From Alphaproteobacteria bacterium (GTDB taxonomy: Bacteria > Pseudomonadota > Alphaproteobacteria > Micropepsales > Micropepsaceae), in the NCBI GenBank assembly GCA_028292825.1, contig JAQGLO010000087.1, forward strand, positions 16,136-48,135: DNA of 32,000 bases. Direction: 5' to 3'. Position numbers and translations under genes: made by a program. The first letter of the stretch is position 1. Every line of letters starts with the position of its first letter. The notes under the pieces are model-generated. The model was not told the DNA's origin. It was given only the letters and a program-made list of their open reading frames with translations, and did no database searches. Below are positions 7,783 through 16,316 of the stretch, in pieces.

Positions 7783-10700
7783 ATGAAATTCTCACGCACC
7801 GCGTTGTTCCATGGCGTTTCACGCGCCGCACTCGTCACATCGCTGCTTTTGATCGCGCAGGCCGCCAATGCGCAACCGACGGAGCAAAGCGTGGAATCGG
7901 TGACCGTTACCGGCACCAATATCCGCGGCGCCGCGCCGGTCGGCAGCCATGTCGCCACGGTCGGGCAGCAGGAAATCGAGGCGCTGGCGCCCGTCAGCGT
8001 GTCAGGCGTGCTGGCATCCTTCCCCCAGCTCAGCAACTCCGGCACCGCGCCGCAGGGCGAAAACTCCTACACCTTCTACTCGCCCAACATTCACAATCTG
8101 GCGGCCTCGGCGTCCAACTCGACCCTGGTCGTGGTGGATGGCATGCGCATCCCCGGCGGCGGCTCGCAATGGGCGGAATCCGATCCCAACATCATTCCCG
8201 TCGTCGCCCTGCAGCGCGTCGAAGTGCTGGCGGACGGTGCGTCCTCGGTCTACGGCTCCGACGCCGTGGCCGGCGTGGTGAACTTCATAACCCGCAAGAG
8301 CTTTGACGGCATCCAGTTCGACGCCCAGGCCGGTTTCTCCAAGGGCATGCAGACCGACAATCTGGACGCCCTGTGGGGCACCCATTGGGACAGCGGCAAT
8401 GTCTATGTCGCGGCATCCTGGACCTATGGTTCGGAACTGGCGGCGGCTGATCGTCCCCAGTACAGCCGCGGTGACTATACCTCGCTCGGCGGCAACAACC
8501 AGAATTCGGCAAGCTGCTCGCCGGCTTCGATCCATCCCACCTTGCCCACCGCCGGCGCCGGCGGCGCCTACTGGTATGCGGGTCCCACCGGTGCAGGCTT
8601 TGCCAACACCCAGGCGGCGCGCCCCTGCAACCTGTCGATCTATGGCGACCTGATTCCCCAGGTCCAGCGCACCAACATCATGATGAAGGTGACGCAGGAC
8701 TTCTTCAGCGGCCGCCTGACCGTGTCGGATACCATGGTCTATAACGACCTGCATACCTTCCAGACAACCGGGCCCGGCACGATCAGCAACGTGAGTGTCT
8801 ATGGCCCGACGTCGGGCAAGGCCGGTCAGGTCAATCCCTTCTATCAGGCCCCGACCGGCGCACCGCTCACCAACACCGAGCAGGTATCGTGGGTGAATCT
8901 GCTGACGCCGCTGCCGTCGACGCGCACCACCGAAGACGTGTTCTACAACCGCTTCAATGCGAGCTACAACATCAACGACAACTGGCATGTCGACCTGGAT
9001 TGGGTGCTGGGCCAGAACAATTATGTCAGCGGCACCTATGACGGGTTCTGCGCGTCCTGCGCCTATCTGGCGCTGAACGGCACGGGGCTGGCCGGCGGCT
9101 CGCTGACCGGCACCGACGTTTCAGGGCGCAACGTCATCGCGCTGAATACGCCGCTCACCGCCGCCAATGCGCTGGATGTCTGGAATGCGCCGGGCACAGC
9201 CAACCAGACCTCGGTCCAGGTCCTGCATTCGCTGAGCTCGATCCAGACCCTGACCCCGATCTACAACTCAACCAACCAGGCGCGCGCCTCGATCAACGGT
9301 ACGCTGTTCTCGATGCCGGCCGGCGATGTGAAGGTGGCGCTGGGCGGCGAAATCTATGTCCAGCACATCCAGAAGGACCAGGTCGGCACCATCGCGACCG
9401 GCCCGTCCTCTTCGGGCGGCAGCGTGCAGCGCTACCGGTATGAGCGCACCACCAAGTCGGGCTTCGTCGAAGTGCAGATGCCGCTGGTCTCGCCGGAAAT
9501 GAACATCCCGCTGGTCCACAAGCTGGCGATCGACGTCTCCGGCCGCATGGACCAGTTCAGCGATGTCGGCTCGGTGGCGGTTCCCAAATACGCGATCGAC
9601 TGGGATGTGACCGATGATTTCAAGATTCGCGGCAACTATTCCCAGTCCTTCGTGGCCCCGCCGCTGCTGTCGCTGGGTGATCCCAACTATGGCTACACCT
9701 ATCAGGGTGGCGCTTCGACCGGCGGCCAGATCGACAATATCCCCGCCGCGAACTTCCCGGGCATTCAGAACATCCCGGGCGCGGTCTGCACCGTCAACGG
9801 CGCGGCTTCGACCACGCCGGCCTCAACCGGATGCCCCTTCATCACGCTGGGCAACAATGCCGGCACCGGCGGCACGGGCGGCAACCAGGGCCTGGAGCGC
9901 CAATATGGCGGCCTGTTCGTCAACGTGAAGCCGGAAACCGGCTTCTCGTGGTCGACGGGTTTTGACTACAATCCCAGCTGGCTGGAAGGCTTCCACACCT
10001 CCGTCACCCTGTTCAACAACACCTTCAAGGGTGCGGTGAATGCGGCGCATATCCAGCAGACGGCGAACGTGCCCTCGCTGTTCAAGTTCTTCCAGGTCTG
10101 CAACAATGGCGGGGGCTGCAGCGCGGCCCAGGTCAATACCTTCACCAACACCGCCAATGGCGCCATCACCGGCGCGCTGCCGTCAGGGAGCATCTACTAT
10201 CTGTGGGCGCATGACGAAACCAACTTCCTCTATCTGCGCATCCAGGGCATCGACTTCGACGCCAGCTATGACTTCGATCTGGGCGATTACGGCACCGTCC
10301 ATGTCGGTGACTATCTGACCCTCTTCACCCAGTTCAAGGAGGGTTATGACGGCGCCAATTATTTCAGCATCAAGGGCACGTCGGGCTTCAACGGCACCTT
10401 CTCGTCGCTGGAATACAATACCCGCTTCAACCTGGGCTGGACGGTCGGTCCGTTCTCGGTCGACACCTTCGTCAACTACATGCCCGGTTATCACAACTGG
10501 AACTCGACCTCGGTAACCCCGCTGAACGCCAACGCGCTTGGCGTGCCGACGGCGGGCGACAAGGTCGGCTCCTGGACCACGCTGGACCTCAACGTCGCCT
10601 ACAATTTCACGGATGGCTGGTTCGGCGGCGACCAGGTCTATGTCCATGTCAACAACCTGTTCGACAAGGATCCGCCCTTCATCAACACCACGGCGAATGG

Positions 10701-10797
10701 TGCGGGCGCCAGCTCGGGCGCGGCCTTCGGCTTCAACGCCTTCAACGCCAGCCCGATCGGCCGCACGGTCGGCATCGGCATGCGGGCCAAGTTCTGA
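7783..10797 (+). CDS. TonB-dependent outer-membrane receptor.
   Basis: 1004 aa, with RBS AGGGGGA upstream. The signal peptide ends AANA|QP and is followed by a TonB-box-like ESVTVTG. Plug motifs are present (VEVLADGASSVYGSDAVAGVVNFITRK). The body is a long, G/N/T/Y-rich, beta-strand-like region, and the C-terminal residue is aromatic (GIGMRAKF). Confidence 0.9.
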   Translation: MKFSRTALFHGVSRAALVTSLLLIAQAANAQPTEQSVESVTVTGTNIRGAAPVGSHVATVGQQEIEALAPVSVSGVLASFPQLSNSGTAPQGENSYTFYSPNIHNLAASASNSTLVVVDGMRIPGGGSQWAESDPNIIPVVALQRVEVLADGASSVYGSDAVAGVVNFITRKSFDGIQFDAQAGFSKGMQTDNLDALWGTHWDSGNVYVAASWTYGSELAAADRPQYSRGDYTSLGGNNQNSASCSPASIHPTLPTAGAGGAYWYAGPTGAGFANTQAARPCNLSIYGDLIPQVQRTNIMMKVTQDFFSGRLTVSDTMVYNDLHTFQTTGPGTISNVSVYGPTSGKAGQVNPFYQAPTGAPLTNTEQVSWVNLLTPLPSTRTTEDVFYNRFNASYNINDNWHVDLDWVLGQNNYVSGTYDGFCASCAYLALNGTGLAGGSLTGTDVSGRNVIALNTPLTAANALDVWNAPGTANQTSVQVLHSLSSIQTLTPIYNSTNQARASINGTLFSMPAGDVKVALGGEIYVQHIQKDQVGTIATGPSSSGGSVQRYRYERTTKSGFVEVQMPLVSPEMNIPLVHKLAIDVSGRMDQFSDVGSVAVPKYAIDWDVTDDFKIRGNYSQSFVAPPLLSLGDPNYGYTYQGGASTGGQIDNIPAANFPGIQNIPGAVCTVNGAASTTPASTGCPFITLGNNAGTGGTGGNQGLERQYGGLFVNVKPETGFSWSTGFDYNPSWLEGFHTSVTLFNNTFKGAVNAAHIQQTANVPSLFKFFQVCNNGGGCSAAQVNTFTNTANGAITGALPSGSIYYLWAHDETNFLYLRIQGIDFDASYDFDLGDYGTVHVGDYLTLFTQFKEGYDGANYFSIKGTSGFNGTFSSLEYNTRFNLGWTVGPFSVDTFVNYMPGYHNWNSTSVTPLNANALGVPTAGDKVGSWTTLDLNVAYNFTDGWFGGDQVYVHVNNLFDKDPPFINTTANGAGASSGAAFGFNAFNASPIGRTVGIGMRAKF

Positions 10798-10809
10798 TCC
10801 AGCTTTCAA

Positions 10810-10838
10810 GCCCGTCCGGATTTCCGGGCGGGCTTTTT
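10810..10838 (+). terminator. Intrinsic terminator after the TonB-dependent receptor gene.
   Basis: GCCCGTCCGG-attt-CCGGGCGGGC forms a 10-bp stem with one G-T pair, followed by TTTTT. Confidence 0.75.
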
Positions 10839-10862
10839 CCTTTCAGCAAATTCGGGGTTTCC

Positions 10863-11954
10863 ATGGATATCAAGAAGCGCGATTTTCTCTTGGCCGGCGC
10901 GGCGATCGGCGCCGGCCTGGCCGCCACCCAGGCGCTGGCCCAGCCTGCCAAGCGCAAGCAGGCCTCGTCGGTGGACGTGAACTACAAGCCGCGCCGGCTG
11001 AACAAATGCATCGAGCTGTGGGAAGATGGCCAGCCCATCTATTACACCGGCTGGGGCGTGGCCACGGGCGTTGACGCCTACCAGCAGGGCATCAAGATGT
11101 CCAAGACCTGGGCCGACGCCATCAATGTCGAGATGGAGCACGGCCTGTACGACCTGAAAGACCTGCGCGAATTCATGCGCGGCCTGCGCGATGGCGGCCC
11201 CACGCCGTCAGGCCACCGTCTCCCCACCGTGTTCGTGACCCCGCCCGTGATCGGTCTGGACGAAGCCTATGCCCGCGCCAACACCTGGATGCTGGAACAG
11301 ATCCTGTGCACGGGTGTCCAGGGCATTCACATCTGTCACGCGCGCGACGCCAAGGCGATCGAGACCTATGCCCATATGGGCTGCCGCTACCCGTTCCGGG
11401 ATTTCCCCAACACGCCACCGGTCAAGATGCAGGGCCTGCGCGGCAACAGCGCCAGTTATGCCGCCGATATCTGGGGTGTCTCGGGCGGCACCTATCAGCA
11501 CATCGCCGACCTGTGGCCGCTCAATCCGCGCGGCGAGGTCATCTTCGGCGTCAAGATCGAGGACACCTATGCCGACCAGCAAGTGGAGAAGACGCTGGCC
11601 ATTCCGGGCATCGCCTTTGCCGAATGGGGGCCGGGCGACCACAATCTGTGGCTCAACGGCTATCACGGCGTTGAGGATGGCGGGGAATCCGGCCATCCGG
11701 TGCTGCGCGATGCCGCCGGCAAGGTGACCAGCGACGTCTCCGCCCTGCCCAACATGGAGGCGGTGCGCCAGCGGACGCTGGCGGCCTGCAAGAAGAACAA
11801 GGTGATGTTCCTCAATGCCGCGGAGACGGAAGAGGGCCACAACCATGTCGTCCAGCAGATCAAGGACGGCACCATGGTGGTCGCCACCGGGCGCGGCGGT
11901 GAAAAGGTGGCGCAGATCGGCCGCGAATACACCAAGCGGAAAATGCCGGTGTGA
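10863..11954 (+). CDS. Exported HpcH/HpaI-aldolase/citrate-lyase-like TIM-barrel protein, paralog 1.
   Basis: 363 aa. The leader MDIKKRDFLLAGAAIGAGLAATQALA|QP has a Tat-like K-R-x-F-L n-region, a weakly hydrophobic G/A-rich h-region and an AxA site. The body resembles the HpcH/HpaI family by eye: WADAINVEMEH (cf. ..DxEH), CRYPF...GLRG (cf. RYPPxGxRG), and FGVKIED..AIPGIAFAEWGPGD (cf. vqIEt..vpGvDgvfiGPaD). The family assignment comes from memory of motifs only. Confidence 0.55.
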   Translation: MDIKKRDFLLAGAAIGAGLAATQALAQPAKRKQASSVDVNYKPRRLNKCIELWEDGQPIYYTGWGVATGVDAYQQGIKMSKTWADAINVEMEHGLYDLKDLREFMRGLRDGGPTPSGHRLPTVFVTPPVIGLDEAYARANTWMLEQILCTGVQGIHICHARDAKAIETYAHMGCRYPFRDFPNTPPVKMQGLRGNSASYAADIWGVSGGTYQHIADLWPLNPRGEVIFGVKIEDTYADQQVEKTLAIPGIAFAEWGPGDHNLWLNGYHGVEDGGESGHPVLRDAAGKVTSDVSALPNMEAVRQRTLAACKKNKVMFLNAAETEEGHNHVVQQIKDGTMVVATGRGGEKVAQIGREYTKRKMPV

Positions 11955-11965
11955 CAAAAAATAAG

Positions 11966-11993
11966 GGCGGTGCCGGGCGGCGCCGCCTTTTTT
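11966..11993 (+). terminator. Intrinsic terminator between the two aldolase-like paralogs.
   Basis: GGCGGTGCC-gggc-GGCGCCGCC forms a 9-bp stem with one G-T pair, followed by TTTTTT. Confidence 0.7.
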
Positions 11994-12052
11994 GTTGCAG
12001 CGCGATGGGCCTAGAGTTCGCGCCTCGAATTACAAAAACAGGGAAGACAGCA

Positions 12053-13159
12053 ATGGACATCAAGAAACGCGATTTTCTCAGCCTTGCCGCCGGGATCGGC
12101 GCCGCGGCGGGTCTTGCCGGTCCGGCCGGCGCCCAGCCGCGCGGTCGTCGACTGGATGGCCCGGTCGAGGTCAACCAGCGCGAGTTTGTCAGCAAGAATG
12201 TCCAGCCCTCGACGGTGGACTGGAACTACAAGCCGCGCCGCATCAACAAGGCGATCGAGCTGTGGGAAGACGGCCAGCCGATCTATTATAATGGCTGGGG
12301 CGTCGGCCCGGGTGTCGATCCCTATACCCAGGGCGTGAAGATGGCCCGCACCTGGTACGACGCCATCAATGTGGAGATGGAACATTTCCCGGTGGACTGC
12401 ACCGCGCTGCGCGAGTTCATGCGCGGTCTGGTTGACGGCGGCCCGACGCGTTCGGGCCATCGCACGCCGGCGGTATTCGTCGAGACCGGCATCATCGGCC
12501 TGGATGAGCCCTATGCCCGCGCCAACACCTGGTTGATCGAACAGCTTCTGGATTGCGGCATTCACGGCATCCACCAGTGCCATGCCCGCGACGCCAAGGC
12601 GGTGCAGGTCACCATGCAGATGGGCTGCCGCTATCCCTTCCTGGATCGCCCAGGCGTGCCCAACCTGCCGATGCGCGGCCTGCGCGGCTCCGGTCCCAGC
12701 TGGGCGTCACAGGTCTGGGGCGTCAACCTCAACAAGTATCTTCATGTCGCCGACCTGTGGCCGCTCAATCCCAAGGGCGAGCTGATCTTCGGCGTGAAGA
12801 TCGAGGACACCTATTGCGACCAGCAGGCGGACAAGATCATCGCGCTGCCGGGCATGTCGATGGCCGAATGGGGCCCCGGCGACCACTCCTATTGGGTGTA
12901 CGGTCTGGAAGTCTTCCCGGAGGATGGCTCGCGTCCCAAGGATGTGGTCATCGACCGGCCGGAGATGCGCAAGATTCGCCAGAACGTCCTGGACCTGTGC
13001 AAGAAGAACAAGGTCATGTTCCTCAACGCGGCCAATACCGAAAAAACCTCGTCGGACTACATCATCACCCAGATCAAGGACGGCGCCATGGTGCTGGAAT
13101 GCGGCGAAGACGCCGCCATCGAGGGCCGCGAATACACCAAGCGCAAAATGCCGGTCTGA
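12053..13159 (+). CDS. Exported HpcH/HpaI-aldolase-like TIM-barrel protein, paralog 2.
   Basis: 368 aa from ATG 12053. The track ORF starts at 11951, but its extra residues run across the terminator. The leader is MDIKKRDFLSLAAGIGAAAGLAGPAGA|QP. By eye it is roughly 55-65% identical to paralog 1. It has the same MDIKKRDFL start and GREYTKRKMPV end, and the same EMEH / CRYPF..GLRG / VKIED / WGPGD motifs. Confidence 0.55.
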   Translation: MDIKKRDFLSLAAGIGAAAGLAGPAGAQPRGRRLDGPVEVNQREFVSKNVQPSTVDWNYKPRRINKAIELWEDGQPIYYNGWGVGPGVDPYTQGVKMARTWYDAINVEMEHFPVDCTALREFMRGLVDGGPTRSGHRTPAVFVETGIIGLDEPYARANTWLIEQLLDCGIHGIHQCHARDAKAVQVTMQMGCRYPFLDRPGVPNLPMRGLRGSGPSWASQVWGVNLNKYLHVADLWPLNPKGELIFGVKIEDTYCDQQADKIIALPGMSMAEWGPGDHSYWVYGLEVFPEDGSRPKDVVIDRPEMRKIRQNVLDLCKKNKVMFLNAANTEKTSSDYIITQIKDGAMVLECGEDAAIEGREYTKRKMPV

Positions 13160-13235
13160 TACGGACCGTGACATGCCATGGGGCGGCGACCGGAACCGGG
13201 CGCCGCCCACATCACAAAATAAGGGGAGATACCAG

Positions 13236-14198
13236 GTGAAGAAAATTCTTGTGACCATGCTGCTGGGCTGCACGGCCTTGGCCGCCGTGCCCGCAACCGC
13301 ACAGGTGAAGCAGACCCGCGAGCAGATCATATTCTATACCAGCGACTGGAAGGGCGATCGTTTCCCCGATGGGCGTCCCAAGGTCTCCGCCGATCTTTTG
13401 AAGCGCGCCGCCGATTGCACCATCGAGGATGTCTGGGGCTTCCTGCGGCAGAAGGGTTATCGCAACCAGTATGAAGGCGGCTGGATGATGCTGCACAATG
13501 ACCGGCCTTTCGCCGGCCGCGCGCTCACCGTGCAGTACATGCCCGAACGCCCGGACATGAACGCCGCCATCACCGCCGAGGGCAAGGCCGAGGGGCGCGT
13601 CAGCGGCCACAATAGCTGGCCGATCGCCGAGCTGCAGGAAGGCGATGTGTACATCGCCGACGGCTATGGCAAGCAGGTCGAAGGTACCCTGATCGGCTCC
13701 AACCTGGGCAACGGCATCTACGGCAAGTCGCATACCGGCTTTGTCTTTGACGCCGCCATTCGCGACCAGGAGGAAAACAAGGAGATCAAGGGCTTCAACG
13801 GCTTCTATCGCAGCATCGATCCGTCCGCGATCCGCGACATGGAAATGACAGCGATCAACGCCCCGATCCGCATCGGCCGCGCCACCGTGCTGCCGGGCGA
13901 TGTCGTGCTGGCCAAGGAAGACGGTGTGTTGATCATTCCCGCGGTGTTGGCGGAAGACGCCATTTCCACTGCCGAGTTCATCGGCCTGACCGACGACTAT
14001 AATTTCCAGCTCAACCTGGCCAACAAGAATGGCGGCGCGGTGGAAGGTGGCTGGGACGAAAAGAAGTTCGCCGGCTTCAAGGAATACATCGCAAAGAATC
14101 CCAAGAAGGTCCGGATGTCGAAGGAAGAGTTCGACAAGATGTACAGCCAGTTCTACGACCGCACGATGCATCCCCGTTCGGGCCAAGGCGGGCTTTGA
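13236..14198 (+). CDS. Exported RraA-family (class II pyruvate aldolase / oxaloacetate decarboxylase-like) protein with N- and C-terminal extensions.
   Basis: 320 aa from GTG 13236, with AAGGGGA at 13221-13227. The leader is VKKILVTMLLGCTALAAVPATA|QV, a Sec signal. An LLGC lipobox-like alternative also exists. The core matches the RraA pattern: GDVYIADGYG..GTLIGSNLGNGIYGKSHTGFVFDAAIRD...APIRIGRATVLPGDVVLAKEDGVLIIP (cf. vlVvDggG..A.lG..la..A...G..G.viDG.vRD ... v.PGD.v.aD.dGvvviP). Confidence 0.6.
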   Translation: MKKILVTMLLGCTALAAVPATAQVKQTREQIIFYTSDWKGDRFPDGRPKVSADLLKRAADCTIEDVWGFLRQKGYRNQYEGGWMMLHNDRPFAGRALTVQYMPERPDMNAAITAEGKAEGRVSGHNSWPIAELQEGDVYIADGYGKQVEGTLIGSNLGNGIYGKSHTGFVFDAAIRDQEENKEIKGFNGFYRSIDPSAIRDMEMTAINAPIRIGRATVLPGDVVLAKEDGVLIIPAVLAEDAISTAEFIGLTDDYNFQLNLANKNGGAVEGGWDEKKFAGFKEYIAKNPKKVRMSKEEFDKMYSQFYDRTMHPRSGQGGL

Positions 14199-14221
14199 AG
14201 AGCAGGCGCTGACAGACTGAC

Positions 14222-14252
14222 AAAAGGCCGCGCGATCCGCGCGGCCTTTTTT
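14222..14252. terminator. Bidirectional intrinsic terminator between convergent genes.
   Basis: AAAA-GGCCGCGCG-atc-CGCGCGGCC-TTTTTT forms a perfect 9-bp GC stem. An A-tract on one side and a T-tract on the other flank it. It lies between the RraA-like gene (+) and the histidine kinase gene (-). Confidence 0.85.
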
Positions 14253-14262
14253 GTGTCCTCAG

Positions 14263-15570
14263 TCAGGCGTCGCGCGCATCCATGGACACAGATGCGGCGG
14301 GCAGGGTGATGGTAATCATCAGTCCGCCTGTCGGCCGGTTCTGTGCGGAAATCGTGCCGCGGGTTGCAATGATGGCGCGCTTGGCGATGGACAGGCCAAG
14401 GCCGACGCCATGTTCGTCGGTGACGGAGCGCTTGGCAAAAGGGTCGAAGAAGGACGGCAGGAACTGCTCCGGCACGCCCGGTCCGCTGTCGGTCACCGTC
14501 ACGGCGAATTCCTGGTCACCATGCTCGGTCAGGGACAATTCGACCTGCTGGCCGCGGCGTGAAAAGCGTATGGCGTTGCGCAGGACATTCTCGATCGCCC
14601 GGTGCACCAGCTTGCCGCTGCCCGCCACGATCCATTCGCGCTTGTCATGCGCCGGATCGATCTGCCAGACGACGGCCACATCCCTGGGACCGGCTTCGAA
14701 GGTGGCATCCTCCAGCATGCCGCGCAGGATGGCGCCCAGGTCGAAATATTCGCTGTTGGCATGGGTTCCGCTTTCCAGCCTTGTCAGCATGAGCAGTTCC
14801 CCCACCAGATCGTCGAGATAGCTTGCCTCCCGGCTGATGCGGCACAGCGAGGCTTCCAGCTTGTCGGGCGCTTGCCGGGCCAGGCCTATGGCCAGCTGAA
14901 GGCGCGTCAGGGGCGTGCGCAGTTCGTGCGAGACATCCGATATCAGCTTGTCGCGCGAAGCGACCAGTTCCTGTAGCCGTTCGGCCAGCTTGTCGAAGCC
15001 GCGCGACAATTCTCCCAGCTCATCCTTGCGGTGCCGCATGGCCGGCCCCAGGCGCGCCGAGAAATCCGCATTCGCCAGCCGGGTAAACCCCTTGGAGATA
15101 TGCTGGATGGGATTGGTCAGGTTCCAGGCCAGGAGCCCACTGAAGATGAGCCCGCCCAGCATGGCGAGCATCATGATCTCCGGTGGAATGTCGAACGGGC
15201 CGCGCCCATAGCCCAGGTGGCGCCGCACTTCATAGGTGACGAGATATTGCCGGCCCTGGGGATCATGCGCCCGCACGGAAACCGCGCCGCTGTTGATGTC
15301 GCTGCGGACCTTGCTGTCCTTGCCCCAGGGCTGGACCACCAGGCGGCCCCGGTCATCCAGCGGCCAGTCGGCGAGCATGGTGTTGATGCCCTGCGCGCCG
15401 CTCTGCTGGATGATCTCGCTTGCCGCCGCCAGCGATATCTTTGCCAGCGCTCTTGTGGTCTCGCTGGGCAGGGGGTGCAGGACATTGAACAGCAGCCACA
15501 GGCCATCGACGATCAGGATGAAGGTAACGCCGAAGCCCAGATAGATCTTCCAGAACAGGACCCGCTTCAT
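14263..15570 (-). CDS. Sensor histidine kinase with a periplasmic sensor, HAMP, HisKA and HATPase domains.
   Basis: 435 aa. Two TM segments flank a periplasmic region of about 110 aa. The H-box is SHELRTPLT, the N-box LRNAIRFS, G1 DSGPGVP and G2 GVGLGLSIA. Its start overlaps the stop of the response regulator by ATGA. Confidence 0.9.
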   Translation of the reverse strand: MKRVLFWKIYLGFGVTFILIVDGLWLLFNVLHPLPSETTRALAKISLAAASEIIQQSGAQGINTMLADWPLDDRGRLVVQPWGKDSKVRSDINSGAVSVRAHDPQGRQYLVTYEVRRHLGYGRGPFDIPPEIMMLAMLGGLIFSGLLAWNLTNPIQHISKGFTRLANADFSARLGPAMRHRKDELGELSRGFDKLAERLQELVASRDKLISDVSHELRTPLTRLQLAIGLARQAPDKLEASLCRISREASYLDDLVGELLMLTRLESGTHANSEYFDLGAILRGMLEDATFEAGPRDVAVVWQIDPAHDKREWIVAGSGKLVHRAIENVLRNAIRFSRRGQQVELSLTEHGDQEFAVTVTDSGPGVPEQFLPSFFDPFAKRSVTDEHGVGLGLSIAKRAIIATRGTISAQNRPTGGLMITITLPAASVSMDARDA

Positions 15571-16253
15571 GGGCGCAGCTTCAGCCGATACCCGATCCCG
15601 CGGACCGTCTCGATTTCCATATGGTCCGACGTGGCGGCCGCCAGCTTGCGGCGCAGGTGCCCGGCATGGACGTCGATGCTGCGGTCATACTGCTCGCGCC
15701 GCCGCCCCAGCACGATCATGGAGAGGTCATCCTTGTTCACCACCACCTTTTCCGCCCGCATCAGGGTGGCCAGCATGTTGAATTCGGTGGCGGTCAGTTC
15801 GAACGGCACGCCGCTCCAGCTGACTTCCCGGTGCAGGATGCTGAGCGTCAGCTCGCCGGTGGCCAGGTGGTCCGCCTTGGCCTGGTCGTTCCTGGGCTCG
15901 CGCCGCAGCCGCGCCCGCAGCCGCGCCAGGAGCTCGCGCGGATAATAGGGCTTTGCCAGGTAATCGTCGGCGCCCATTTCCAGCCCGATGACCCGGTCCA
16001 CATCGTCGCCGCGCGCCGTCAGCATGATCACCGGAACGCTGCTGGTATTGCGGATGCGCCGCAGGACTTCCAGCCCGTTCATGTCCGGAAGCATCACGTC
16101 GAGAATGACGGCGTCGAAGCTGCCGTTGGAAATGGCGACCTCTCCCTCATGGGCGTTCAGGGCGGAGGTGATGCGGAAGCCTTCGCTGGTCAGATACTCG
16201 GTGAGCATTTCGCTCACCTTGTCATCGTCATCGATCAGCAGGATATGATTCAT
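15567..16253 (-). CDS. OmpR/PhoB-family DNA-binding response regulator.
   Basis: 228 aa. The receiver domain has ILLIDDD and DAVILDVMLPDMNG (phospho-acceptor Asp context). The C-terminal winged helix contains LTATEFNMLATLM and VRGIGYRL. Confidence 0.9.
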   Translation of the reverse strand: MNHILLIDDDDKVSEMLTEYLTSEGFRITSALNAHEGEVAISNGSFDAVILDVMLPDMNGLEVLRRIRNTSSVPVIMLTARGDDVDRVIGLEMGADDYLAKPYYPRELLARLRARLRREPRNDQAKADHLATGELTLSILHREVSWSGVPFELTATEFNMLATLMRAEKVVVNKDDLSMIVLGRRREQYDRSIDVHAGHLRRKLAAATSDHMEIETVRGIGYRLKLRP

Positions 16254-16284
16254 TCTGGCCGCCCCTTGCCGATTATTGTTTTCG

Positions 16285-16316
16285 TCAGCTTATCCGCTTT
16301 TCTTCAGCTTAGTCGC
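16285..16316. repeat. Imperfect 13-bp direct repeat in the divergent promoter region.
   Basis: TCAGCTTATCCGC (16285-16297) and TCAGCTTAGTCGC (16304-16316) match at 11/13 positions, with starts 19 bp apart. They lie 32-63 bp upstream of the response-regulator start codon. Confidence 0.5.

Noticed and set aside
8002-8988. 328-aa minus-strand ORF, together with many 60-200-aa ORFs across 7.7-11.1 kb.
   Set aside because: All are nested in or antisense to the TonB-dependent receptor gene, whose own frame has plug, barrel and C-terminal Phe hallmarks.
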